Both the position numbers and the translations under genes were made by a program. A stretch of DNA of 64,000 bases from Azolla caroliniana (lineage: Eukaryota > Plantae > Polypodiophyta): assembly GCA_043228905.1 (NCBI GenBank), contig JBHGNT010000003.1:9052001-9116000 (forward strand), read 5' to 3'. Positions 53,595 through 64,000 of the stretch are shown here, piece after piece (positions within the stretch are counted from its first letter, which is position 1; each line of letters opens with the position of its first letter). Below the pieces are notes generated by a model, which was not told the origin of the DNA, made no database searches, and saw nothing but the letters and a program-made list of their open reading frames with translations.

Positions 53595-53979
53595 TGTTAC
53601 GTTGTTGTGATGTGGCGTGACCAAAGGTAGAAATTGGGAAAAGGAAGGGCGAGAGCGTGTGGAGAAAATGTGAAAACGAGGGAAAAGAAAAGGGGGATGC
53701 TACTACATGTATGCAATTATGAAAACATAATGAATGACGATGGAAGAGGGCACATTTTATTTCTTCTAGTTTGTTTTTGGTGTTGGGCTAAAAGTCCTAC
53801 TCCAGCCAATTGCATCTTGGTGTGAACACTCCTTGGGAGTTAAGGTTAGTTACCCTATGTATAAATAAGAGGCACTCCTCTCTATAACGAGGTTCAACGA
53901 AACGAATAACATATTCTCTCTTTGCTTATCACGGTGTAACTATCTCTCTGCATCTTCTTTCTATGTATACTTTGTAACA
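53595..53979 (+). repeat. LTR-like sequence
   Basis: TGTTAC...GTAACA termini and an internal TATAAATA; no TSD found. Confidence 0.5.
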
Positions 53980-54819
53980 GGATAAGAGTTTATTGCCTGG
54001 AGAGGAGTTATGGAAAAAGTTATTAATTTGTTATTTACATAAGTTTAAGCCATCGGTAGGTGGTCAATGGAGTGATAGTCTTAGATGGTTCTTTGATTCG
54101 GATTTTCTGTTACCTAAGTCGACTATTGGGTCTTTATGTTTCTTTAATGGAATTAGTCGTGCATGGGGATGTATTTGTCAATCACTTGTTTTCTTGCCAC
54201 CAAAAACTTATCATCAATTCCTGCATCAACCGTTGTTATGGAATCCTTTATTTACTGATGAAGTTATCTTGGGTTGCATTGGATAGTGGCCCAACCCGTA
54301 TAGTTGCGGATTGGCTAAAGTTTTTGTAGATTTCAGTGTAGGACCATAGGAATATGTTGTCTAATTAAAGAGGGGAAAATATTATGTTCTCTCAACTGTC
54401 CATGGTGTTTCAGGTAACAATGCCAACTTTGTAGTTCGATCATTTTCAGAGTTGGTATGGTATGTTTTCGACATTTCATATACTTAAAGGAGCTCGTTTA
54501 TATCATCAAAATGGCAGCCTTTATTTTTATGAAGGTTGTTATTAGTGGCGAAGGAGTCTCCAATTATGTCTTCTACAAATCAGTTGCCAGTGCGAGTAAT
54601 TGCTAAACTAGATAAAAAGATCTTTATATATCCTAATCCCTTAATTGCTAATTACTCATCTCATATTTGGGTTTTACACTCTAGGACAATTGTTGATCTG
54701 CATTGGGATCCGTCTGATTATGGCCAAATTTGACACTTCGCAAATGAAGGTCCTTCCATTCTTCACATATTTTGTGGAGTTTGGTAGAAATTTTCTTTTG
54801 AATCAGATTGAGTTGGTAA
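53980..54819 (+). mobile_element. Decayed L1 ORF2 fragment
   Basis: LPGEELWKKLL...QPLLWNPLF...DLHWDP, resembling the YDLEWDP region of the L1 at 10408-11918. Confidence 0.6.
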
Positions 54820-56263
54820 TGTTGGGAAACAGGTCCCTCCGGATGGGACCAAGGATGAGAACCGGACTAGCCGGATTAGGCGGGACGACGCAAGGAACTG
54901 GACCGGATGGATCTGGAAGGTACCCGGATACCGGATCGGATGGATCTGAAAGGAATCCGGCCGGATCCGGTATGAACTAGCAAACAGGAACATATTGGTA
55001 AATATGTTCAGACGTGACCGTTGAGGTCATATTTGTAAATAGTCGATAAGTTATATGAGTATAAATATAACTAGGGCAAATAGTGTTATTATGTTGTTGT
55101 CATTATTTGCTGTATAGGCAGACAAAGAGAAAGAGAGAGAGAGAGAGAGAAATAGAAAGTATTTTCTGTTGTAACCGCCATTTGGCAAAGACATAGAGCT
55201 CGAGGTCGTTGCCTCTAAGTCTCGCATTGTATCCTTCCTCTCATAGTGATAGTTGGAGTTTGTGGGCTCTCATGGTTTTTCTTGAGTAGGGTTTCCACGT
55301 TAACATCTTGTGTTGTATTATTATTTTTATCTGTTTTCTTCCATAGAGTGTTCAAGACTCGATTGTGGCCGAGCACTATTCCTCACAATCTCGTATCAGA
55401 GCGAACAACAAAGGAAATGGAAGAGTCATGGCGGCATGTTCAAGCTCACCAGCTCCAACTACTCAACGTGGAAGTCGAAGATGAGGGACATGCTAGTGGT
55501 TAAAGATCTCTGTCGAGGACAAGAAACTAGACGAGATCGATGCCACGACTTGGGAGGCAATGCGCATGAAGACGACAATGTACATAAGATGCTTCATTGA
55601 CATGAGTTGTACAACAACTTCAACGAAGAAAGCAAGGCTCATGAGTTCTGGGAGAAGATAGGCATCATGTTTCAGAATAAGAATGCCGTAAATTGAGTCT
55701 CAGTATTCCGGAAGTTGGTGAGAGTCAGATATCAAGATGGCTCCAGTATGGCGGAGCACATGAATGCCTTCTAGGGGCTCATAAATCAAGCTACCTCGTT
55801 AGAAGTACCTCTGGCCGATGAGGTACTTGCGTTGCTGTTGCTTGGTTCCCTCCTAGATAGTTGGGAGATGCTAGTTGTCACCTTGGGCAACATCGGGCCG
55901 GAAGGAACACAACTATCCCTAGCAGGGTGAAGTCGACCTTGCTAGATGAAGAGGTTCGTCGAAAAGACAAGGAAGTGATCTCCGACTCAAAAGCCTTGAT
56001 TACTGAATCCGACACACAACGAGGGAGAAACCGGAATCGGAGTCCCCAGAACCGGGACAAATTGGGGACAAGATCGAAGTCAAGGGGAAGGCCTGCATGC
56101 TTCTACAATGGGAAGCCAGGGCACTTCCCGAAGAATTGCTGACACTTCCAGAAGGAGAAAGGAACCGACAATGCCGACTTGAAGAAGGGTCCGGACCGGA
56201 GGAGTTCGGATCGAAAGGTATCCGGCTCGACTTTACCATGTCGAAGATGCTAGAATTGAACGG
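54820..56263 (+). mobile_element. Degenerate Tnt1/Tork-like Copia: 5' LTR, PBS, gag, deletion to integrase
   Basis: LTR 54820-55387 (TG...CA), PBS TCGTATCAGAGC, gag MFKLTSSNYSTWKSKMRDMLVVKDL...LLLLGSLLDSW...CFYNGKPGHFPKNC, integrase scrap GIRLDFTMSKMLELNG. Confidence 0.85.
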
Positions 56264-57117
56264 TGTCGTGGAGAAAACTGTCCCTAGGCGGAATCAGAGA
56301 ATATCGGAGAATCGACGGAGTGCATCATGTGTACTCACCCTTGTGTAAACGTGTGAATAATAGGGGGGTCTTTATGGCACCGAGTAGGAGTCAAGTCGGG
56401 ACAAAGAATCCCAAGTAAATCGGGATTTATCCCACATTGTTACGCATCTCTCTCCTTGTTCTATAAAAGGAAGGGATGGTCCCTTGTGAAGGGGTTGCCC
56501 ATTTTTGTGTTAGAGGGTATACCGTTAGATTAGGGTTAGGCGGTTCTATCTTGGTAGTTTCTTTTTTTGTTTTCTCTTCTTCCTCTTCTTCTTCGTCGTC
56601 GTGAAGGTTGAGAGTTCGTGTCTGTTCAGGGTTTGCTTCTACTCGGTCTTGTTGAGAAGCAAGCTCAACATGGTATGCGATGCTTATTGGGAAATAAGCT
56701 ATAGTAGCTATTTAGCTACTAGTGAACAAAAAGGTAAAACAACTATTTAGCTAGTGACAGCTAATTAGCTAGTGAACAGCTATTTAGCGACTGACAGCTA
56801 ATTAGCTACTGGCAGCTAATTAGCTGCATGTGTAATAACTTATGACTTAGGTAAAAGTAAGTGAGAGTGAATAGGAAGTAAGTAGTAAGAAAAAACAGAG
56901 AATAGTGAGTAGAGAACTCTGAGAGAGAGTGAGAGACCAGAAGACTGACGAGAGCAAGTTGAGCTCTACATGTAATAGAAGAAAACCATTTTGCTACTAC
57001 AGAGGTAAGTCCCCTTTCCTTTCTCTGTCTGTTTAGAGCACGCTAACGATCCAGCACACTACGATCCGCCGCATACATAAGAAGAGCTCGAGTGCCTTCT
57101 TCACGTTTTCCTTAACA

Positions 57118-57129
57118 TGGTATCAGAGC
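57118..57129 (+). promoter_or_regulatory. Primer binding site, initiator tRNA-Met
   Basis: TGGTATCAGAGC directly after the 5' LTR. Confidence 0.92.
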
Positions 57130-57261
57130 AGAGTAGCTCGTAAGGAAGAGTATAGCAGTGCCTTAATCTGAGAAAGTTATTTCTCTGGTTGCTGATCAGA
57201 AATCAGAAAGTTACTTGTTGAAGTAACTAAAGCAAAACCCTGGTTTTTTGGAAGAAAAAAA

Positions 57262-60200
57262 ATGGCTGCAGAGAATGTAGGCCAAATGGTCACAGAGAAA
57301 TTAGATAAAAACAATTTCCCGGCGTGGAAATTCAGAATGACAAACTTTCTGATGGGGAAAGGATACTGGGATTACATTGAAGGAGACCTAGAAGAGGCTC
57401 CAGAGATCCCAGAAGAGAATGCAACAGCTGCACATATTAAGGCATTTAAATATTGGAATCAAGGGGCAAGGAAGGTAATGCATTGGCTCTCACTTAGCAT
57501 CTCAGATTCAATGCTTGGGCATATACAAGATGCTAGGCTCCCAAAAGAAGCTTGGGACAGTTTGGTAAAACTGTTTGCAGTAAACACAAAAGCTAGAAAG
57601 CTACAGTTGAAGACTGAGCTAAATACCTTAGAAAAAGGTAAGATGTCAATAAATGAATATGCCCTAAAAATCAAGAGTATATGTGAATCACTTGCTTCTA
57701 TCAATGTGAAGACAGAAGATGATGACAAAGTGGAAATATGCTTAAGAGGCTTAGGACCTCAATACAAGAGTTTTAAAACTTCTATGCTCACAAGGGATAG
57801 TATCCCAAGTTTTTCAGATCTGGTCTCAATGCTTGTGGTAGAGGAAAGGAATCAGATGGATGATGCAAATAAAGGAAACTCAGAGAACGAGGGGCAAGCC
57901 CTCTATAATAATGCCGGAAGAGGCCGAGGAAGAGGCCATGGAAGATTTGGCTCAGGAAGAACCAATAATAATGGTTTTCAAGGAAGAGGACAACAAGCTC
58001 ATAGAGGAGGAAACAACAACCGAGGTAGAGGTAAGCAAACTTATGTAAATGATGATGGCTGTTGGTATTGTGGTAAACCAGGCCATACATAGGCTGAATG
58101 TTACAAGAAACAAAATGATGAGAAAAGAGGAAAAGGACAACAGAGTAACTATGCCTCTACTAGTGAAGATTGTGAAGAGGAAGGTGGTTTTGTAGTGCAA
58201 CATGAGATAGCAGCAGTGGCTGAAAGCTCACAGAAATGTAATGAAGAGTTTACGTGGTATGTAGACTCGGGGGCATCTAACCATATGACTGGACATGCAA
58301 ATTGGTTTGAGAGTTTAAGAGAACCAGAGGTTCCTGGTTATGTACAAACAGGTGATGACACAACTCACCAAATAAAACATGTTGGAGATATCCCATTGTG
58401 GGAAGAAAGAGGAAAAACCAAGTATATGTTGAATGTGATGCATGTTCCAAACCTTGCTAAGAATCTGATTTCTGTTGGACAGATTGTAGAGCAAGGTATG
58501 CAAGTAAAGTTTAAGCCAAGTGGATGCTATATAGAAAAGAATGGGAAGCTCATTGCAAAAGGGAAGAGACAAGGAAGAATGTTTATCTTGGATGTAGAAA
58601 TGCCCAAACAGATTTCAGCCATGTTTGCAAATGGAACGAGTGTAATCTCAGATGTGGAAATGTGGCATAAAAGGATTGGCCATATAAGTATGCAAACATT
58701 AAAGAATATGTTGAGAAAAGATGCAGTGGCTGGACTGCCAAACTTGAAAAAGTGTGAAATGGGAAAAGTATGTGAAGCATGTCAATATGGTAAGCAAAAC
58801 AGGTTGCCATTCCCTCATGAGAGACATGTAAGCAAAAATCTGTTGGATTTGGTACATACAGATGTATGGGGACCAACAAAGAATGCATCTATTGGTGGAT
58901 GCAGATTTTATGTTACATTTATTGATGATTGTTCACGAAAGACATGGGTGTACTTCATGAAGGAGAAAAGTGAAGTATTTGACTGTTTTTGTAAGTTTAA
59001 ATGCATGGTAGAAAAGCAGGCTGGTACAAGGATAAAATGTTTGAGATCTGATGGAGGAGGAGAGTATTTCTCCAATGAATTTTCTGATTTTTTGTGTAAT
59101 CAGGGAATAAGAAGACAGTTCACATGCCGATATACTCCACAGCAAAATGGAGTTGCTGAGAGGAAAAACAGAACTTTGGTGAACATAGCAAGGGCAATGA
59201 TGACTGAGAAGAACATGCCATTATACTATTGGGCAGAAGCTGTAAATACAGCAAATTACATTTTAAATAGATGTATTACATCAGGAGTACATGAGGCAAC
59301 TCCTGAAGAGTGTTTTTATGGCAGGAAGCCTAGCTTACAACACTTGAAAGTGTTTGGATGCCTTGCATATGTACATGTGCCTGCAGAAGTAAGAAGTAAG
59401 TTGGATCCAAAAGCAGAAAAATGTATCTTTGTTGGATATTCAGAAGAACAAAAAGGGTACAGATGTTATAACCCTGTGACTAAAAAGATTGTGACAAGTC
59501 GAGATGTGATATTTGATGAGTTGGCTAGTTGGTACAACCCAAAACAGAATCTAGAGACCGATGAAGATTGTCAAAATGAAGACAAAGACAGATCAGAAAA
59601 TGTAGAAGACTGTCACAGAGATGGAGACAAGGCTGGACAGCAAAGTCCAACATCAACAGAATGTTCTGGACCATCAAAAAGCTCAGATGGTAAATCTGAT
59701 TCAAATTCATGGAGTGGAAAAACTGGACAGAAAAAATCTGATGACAAAAAAGGAAAACAGAAAATGCCAGAGTATGAAATCCCGGATGACCTATCAAAAA
59801 ACATGGAAGATGAAGATTCAGATATGTCTTTGGATGATTTCCTTGGAATACAGGAAATGAAAATCCCTGGTATGGAAAAGGCAATAAAGAATGCAAATCA
59901 GAAACTGAGAAGATCAGATAGAGAGAAAAAGACTGTGGAAAGATTTGGGTATGATACATACATGGCTATGCATTATGCATACATGTCTAAGGTGGTACAG
60001 ATCCCTGACCCAAACAGCTTCGAAGAAGCAAAATCTGAGAAGAAATGGATGGATGCAATGCAAGAAGAGATTGATGCATTGGCTGAGAACAAAACGTGGG
60101 ATTTAGTGAAATTACCAAAAGAGAAAAATGTGGTAGGCTGCAAATGGGTCTACAAGACAAAGCATGACTCAAATGGGAATGTAAGTAGACATAAAGCAAG

Positions 60201-61590
60201 ATTGGTTGCAAAAGGATATGCTCAGATGCAAGGGATTGATTATGATGAGACTTTTGCACCGGTTGCAAAGATGGCAACCTTGAGAACACTACTTGCTGTA
60301 GGAGCAACCAGAAAATGGATTTTGCATCACATGGATGTAAAAAATGCTTTTTTACATGGTAACTTGGAAGAAGAAGTGTATATGAGTCAACCACCAGGTT
60401 TTGAAGATAAGAAACAACCTGATTATGTATGTAAGCTGAAAAAAGCTCTCTATGGACTGAAACAGGCACCAAGAGCATGGCACAAAGAACTTTCAGATTC
60501 TCTGAAAAATCTTGGTTTCAAAATGTCAAAAGCTGATCCTTCTTTGTATGTAAAAAGTGAAAATGATTGCATTGTTATTATTCTGATTTATGTAGATGAT
60601 TTGATTATTGGAGGAGATTCCGTGGATGAAATAAGAAAGTTGAAAAAAAATCTGGAAATGCAGTTTCATATGAAAGATTTGGGAGATCTGAGATATTTTC
60701 TTGGTATTGAAATCATCAGATCTGAAAGTGGTATATGTATGTTGCAAAAACAGTATGCAACAACTATGTTGAAAAAGTATGGTATGCTTGGATGCAAACC
60801 TATTGTTGTACCACTTGATAAAAACTGCAAGTTGAGGGCTGATTTGGGAGCCAAGATAGAAGATGTAAACATGTACAGGTCTATGGTGGGCAACCTTATT
60901 TATTTGACTATAACAAGACCTGATTTGAGTTATGCAGTTGGATTAGTCAGCCAGTTTATGCAACAGCCAACAAAGCCACATTTGGACTGCATCAGAAGGA
61001 TTCTGAGGTATGTAAAAGCAACTCAGAACTTTGGACTATTTTACAGGGCTGATCTAGACATAAATCTGGAAGGATATACAGATGCTGATTGGGCTGGGAG
61101 CCAAACAGACAGGAGATCCACAAGTGGATACATGTTTACCTTGGGAAGTGCAGGAATTTCATGGAGTAGCAAGAAACAGGCTACTGTTGCATTGTCCAGT
61201 ACAGAAGCTGAGTATAGAGGGGCTGCAATAGCCACATGTGAAGAAGTATGGATCAGAAGACTGCTTGCTGATCTGGGAGTATATATAGATGGTGCTGTCA
61301 CAATCTGGTGTGACAATATGAGCAGCATTCAGCTTGCAAAGAACCCAGTGTTCCATGCAAGAACAAAGCACATTGAGGTGCATTATCACTTTGTTAGAGA
61401 AAAAGTGATGGAAGGTGAAGTTGATCTGGTGTATGTGAATACAAATCAGCAGGTTGCTGATATTCTCACAAAGGGATTGAGTGTGGAAAAACATACACAG
61501 TTTCGGAACATGATGGGAGTTGTAGACATTGATATGATGGCTGAAAAGCATCATGAAAAAGAAGTTGTAGATAACCCCAAGAAAGGATAA
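57262..61590 (+). pseudogene. Copia gag-pol polyprotein (gag, CCHC, protease, integrase, RT, RNase H) with one in-frame TAG
   Basis: ORFs 57262-58092 and 58195-61590 are in the same frame, separated only by TAG 58090-58092. Motifs WYVDSGASNHM, HTDVWGP, LRSDGGGEY, IYVDDL, YTDADWAG and KHIEVHYHF are intact. Confidence 0.93.
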
Positions 61591-64000
61591 GTTGAGCTTG
61601 AGGGGGAGTGTTGAGAAGCAAGCTCAACATGGTATGCGATGCTTATTGGGAAATAAGCTATAGTAGCTATTTAGCTACTAGTGAACAAAAAGGTAAAACA
61701 ACTATTTAGCTAGTGACAGCTAATTAGCTAGTGAACAGCTATTTAGCGACTGACAGCTAATTAGCTACTGGCAGCTAATTAGCTACATGTGTAATAACTT
61801 ATGACTTAGGTAAAAGTAAGTGAGAGTGAATAGGAAGTAAGTAGTAAGAAAAAACAGAGAATAGTGAGTAGAGAACTCTGAGAGAGAGTGAGAGACCAGA
61901 AGACTGACGAGAGCAAGTTGAGCTCTACATGTAATAGAAGAAAACCATTTTGCTACTACAGAGGTAAGTCCCCTTTCCTTTCTCTGTCTGTTTAGAGCAC
62001 GCTAACGATCCAGCACACTACGATCCGCCGCATACATAAGAAGAGCTCGAGTGCCTTCTTCACGTTTTCCTTAACAGGTCTCTTGTGCAAGACCCCGCTC
62101 TACGTGACGAGCCCGAGAGCTCCTCGGACGATGGCTTGGCAGTAGACTACTGTTCTAACCTACCCTACCTTGGTCCGGCTCGAAGCCGGGAATGTATTCT
62201 TCCCCTTGTAATATACATACTCGTATCTGTTTGTGCATATTGGTGTTTGTGGTGGTGTCGGGAGCACAACCCCCCTCTTGCTTCCTGTGCAAAAGAGTCG
62301 GTGTCACGCGCATGCTCTCCCTCTCCTTTCTCTCTCTCTCTCTCTCTCTCTCGTGTTCGGTTCCATCCGGGCCGTGTCCGGTGTCGGTTTTCTTGGCGTC
62401 CCTCTTCTCCCTCGTCCGAGACCCCCGTGGTCCCGCCGCTTCTACACGCACGTGCGTAGCAACACGACATATTTGGTGAACCCAATGTGAAGGGCGGCAA
62501 GGGAGAATGGAGCTGGAAGAAGACGACTTCGTGCAACTTTTTGTCGAAGCGGTGAGGGAGTTTGGACGAGCAACAACAAGATGAGAGACGGCGCAACAAG
62601 CGGTTGAGCGAGTGGTCGAAAGAGTCAACCGTTTCAACGGGGACAAAGTCCCATTTTACTTGGAAGCCTACAACGCGGAAATGGAGGAGCGAGATGTAGC
62701 CGAGGCGTTGAGGCTGGAGTTCTTCTGTCGGGTCGTCGTCGTCCGTATACACGCGGAAGTGAAGGAGCTCCGAGAAGCTCATAGTTCGTGGGAGGCCTTC
62801 GAAGAGGCGCTCCTGCAGGCATATGGGGGACGACGGAAGAGCCGGGGACGACGCGGCTTCGACCAGTGGGTAACATCGGCAAAGACCCATCGGGGCGCAA
62901 TGAAGGCGTTCCGAGAGTTCGAGTGATGGCTTGCTCGGCTCCCGGAGCGGGAAACAGGTTTGGTGGGGGTGGACAAAGTCTTGTTGTTCGTTAAGTCGAT
63001 CGACCGAGCGGAATGGGAGGCCATTGGGATTGAGCTCGAAGACGAGGACGGAGCGAATGGCCTCACCAAGGACTGGTCGAAGGTCAGAAGGGTATGCCAA
63101 CGACTAGATGACGAGCGAGCCGAGAAGGCTAAGGGGAAGGCGCGCGATGGCGGCCATCACAGCGGGAAGAGGCCGAACGGCAAAGAGAGTCAGAAAGGCT
63201 CCGCTTCGCGGCAAAAATTGCGGAGGCGTACGCAACTCTTGAGGCAATGCTCGAGGAAGAGGAAAGATCGAGGCCACAAGCCGACGCCGAGGAGACGAAC
63301 TTGCCCCACGAGATGGCAGGAGATTGGTACGACGGTGCCACGGGAGAGGGTGCAGAACAAAACACCCTCTTGACTTGCGGAGATAGAATGACTGAGGACG
63401 AGGCCGAGATACTGATCGCAGAATCGGAATGTTGGGACCGGCGATTTCGGGCACGTCAGCCCGAAACTCCGGACATAGGAGAAGCAAGGCTAGGTGGGGC
63501 TTGCGTGATCGGTAAGAAGACGACCACCGACCACGAGGAGCCGGTGGCTACAGACAAGGGCGTAAAATAGACGGGCGATTCTTCGCGTCTTCCCACACTT
63601 GCTCCCGAGTTGATGGCAATCGGGCCCGAGTGCTCACATGAGTCCCAAGAGGAGGAAGGCAGCGGCGTGAGACCGAGAATCATTGGCGAGACGATACGGG
63701 GAAGGAACGAACAAGAGCCCTCGGGACCAAATCCGGAGAACTCGGCATTCGGGCCCTTACGCCCATGTGAGACCGAGGAGATGGATGACGGTATCGAGGA
63801 GTCCTGGCACGATGCTAGCGAAGATGGATGGGAAATGGCCCGCGAAGAGGTCGAAGAAGCAACCAAGAAACAACCCGACTGGGGACCGAACCACGCAGCG
63901 CTCCGATTTGGGTGGAGCGCCATCCGGTCGTGGATTGTTCGACTGGGGCCAGAATCGGCATGAGGGTGCCGATATGGGAGAGGGTGCGGAACAAGCCGCC

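Larger units (their letters stand above)
56650..62076 (+). mobile_element. Full-length, very young Ty1/Copia retrotransposon
   Basis: LTRs 56650-57117 and 61609-62076 (468 bp, one mismatch at 56826/61785), TSD GGTCT, PBS TGGTATCAGAGC, PPT GAGGGGGAG. Confidence 0.97.
56264..64000 (+). mobile_element. GC-rich Gypsy element (same lineage as 1-3997), 5' LTR split by a Copia, continues past the window
   Basis: LTR TGTCGTG (56264)...CACGACA (62469); PBS TGGTGAACCCAATGTGA at 62474-62490; gag from ATG 62507 with stops at 62582 and 62924. KVLLFVKSID...GLTKDWSKV aligns with KVALFLQAVD...GITTDWNEV of ORF 51. Confidence 0.82.

Overview
Eukaryotic nuclear DNA from a land plant, most likely a non-seed plant such as a fern or lycophyte (inferred from the 18S variant and the retroelement lineages, not proven). 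Three host genes can be reconstructed by hand: a 10-exon poly(ADP-ribose) glycohydrolase (PARG, minus, 26024-16254, 544 aa), an intronless Ser/Pro-rich type-C J-domain protein (plus, 38209-39135), and a 7-exon SPARK-domain GPI-anchored protein of the At1g61900 type with a 15-nt microexon (minus, 51618-46253). The rest is mostly nested transposable elements: two Gypsy elements of a DUF4100-like lineage with TGT[CT]GTG...CACGACA LTRs, a Tcn1/Tf2-like Gypsy relic, a very young full-length Copia (468-bp LTRs, 1 mismatch, GGTCT TSD), older Copia relics and solo LTRs, L1 and RTE-X-like LINEs, and TAGGG-ended hAT elements. The most unusual observations are two antisense tRNA-like Pol III cassettes inside a Gypsy LTR, duplications across PARG splice sites that create decoy or poison splice options, an 18S rRNA 5' fragment upstream of the SPARK gene, and a plastid psaB fragment in a PARG intron. 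No CRISPR array or prokaryotic system is supported. All coordinates were read by eye; no alignments or database searches were run.
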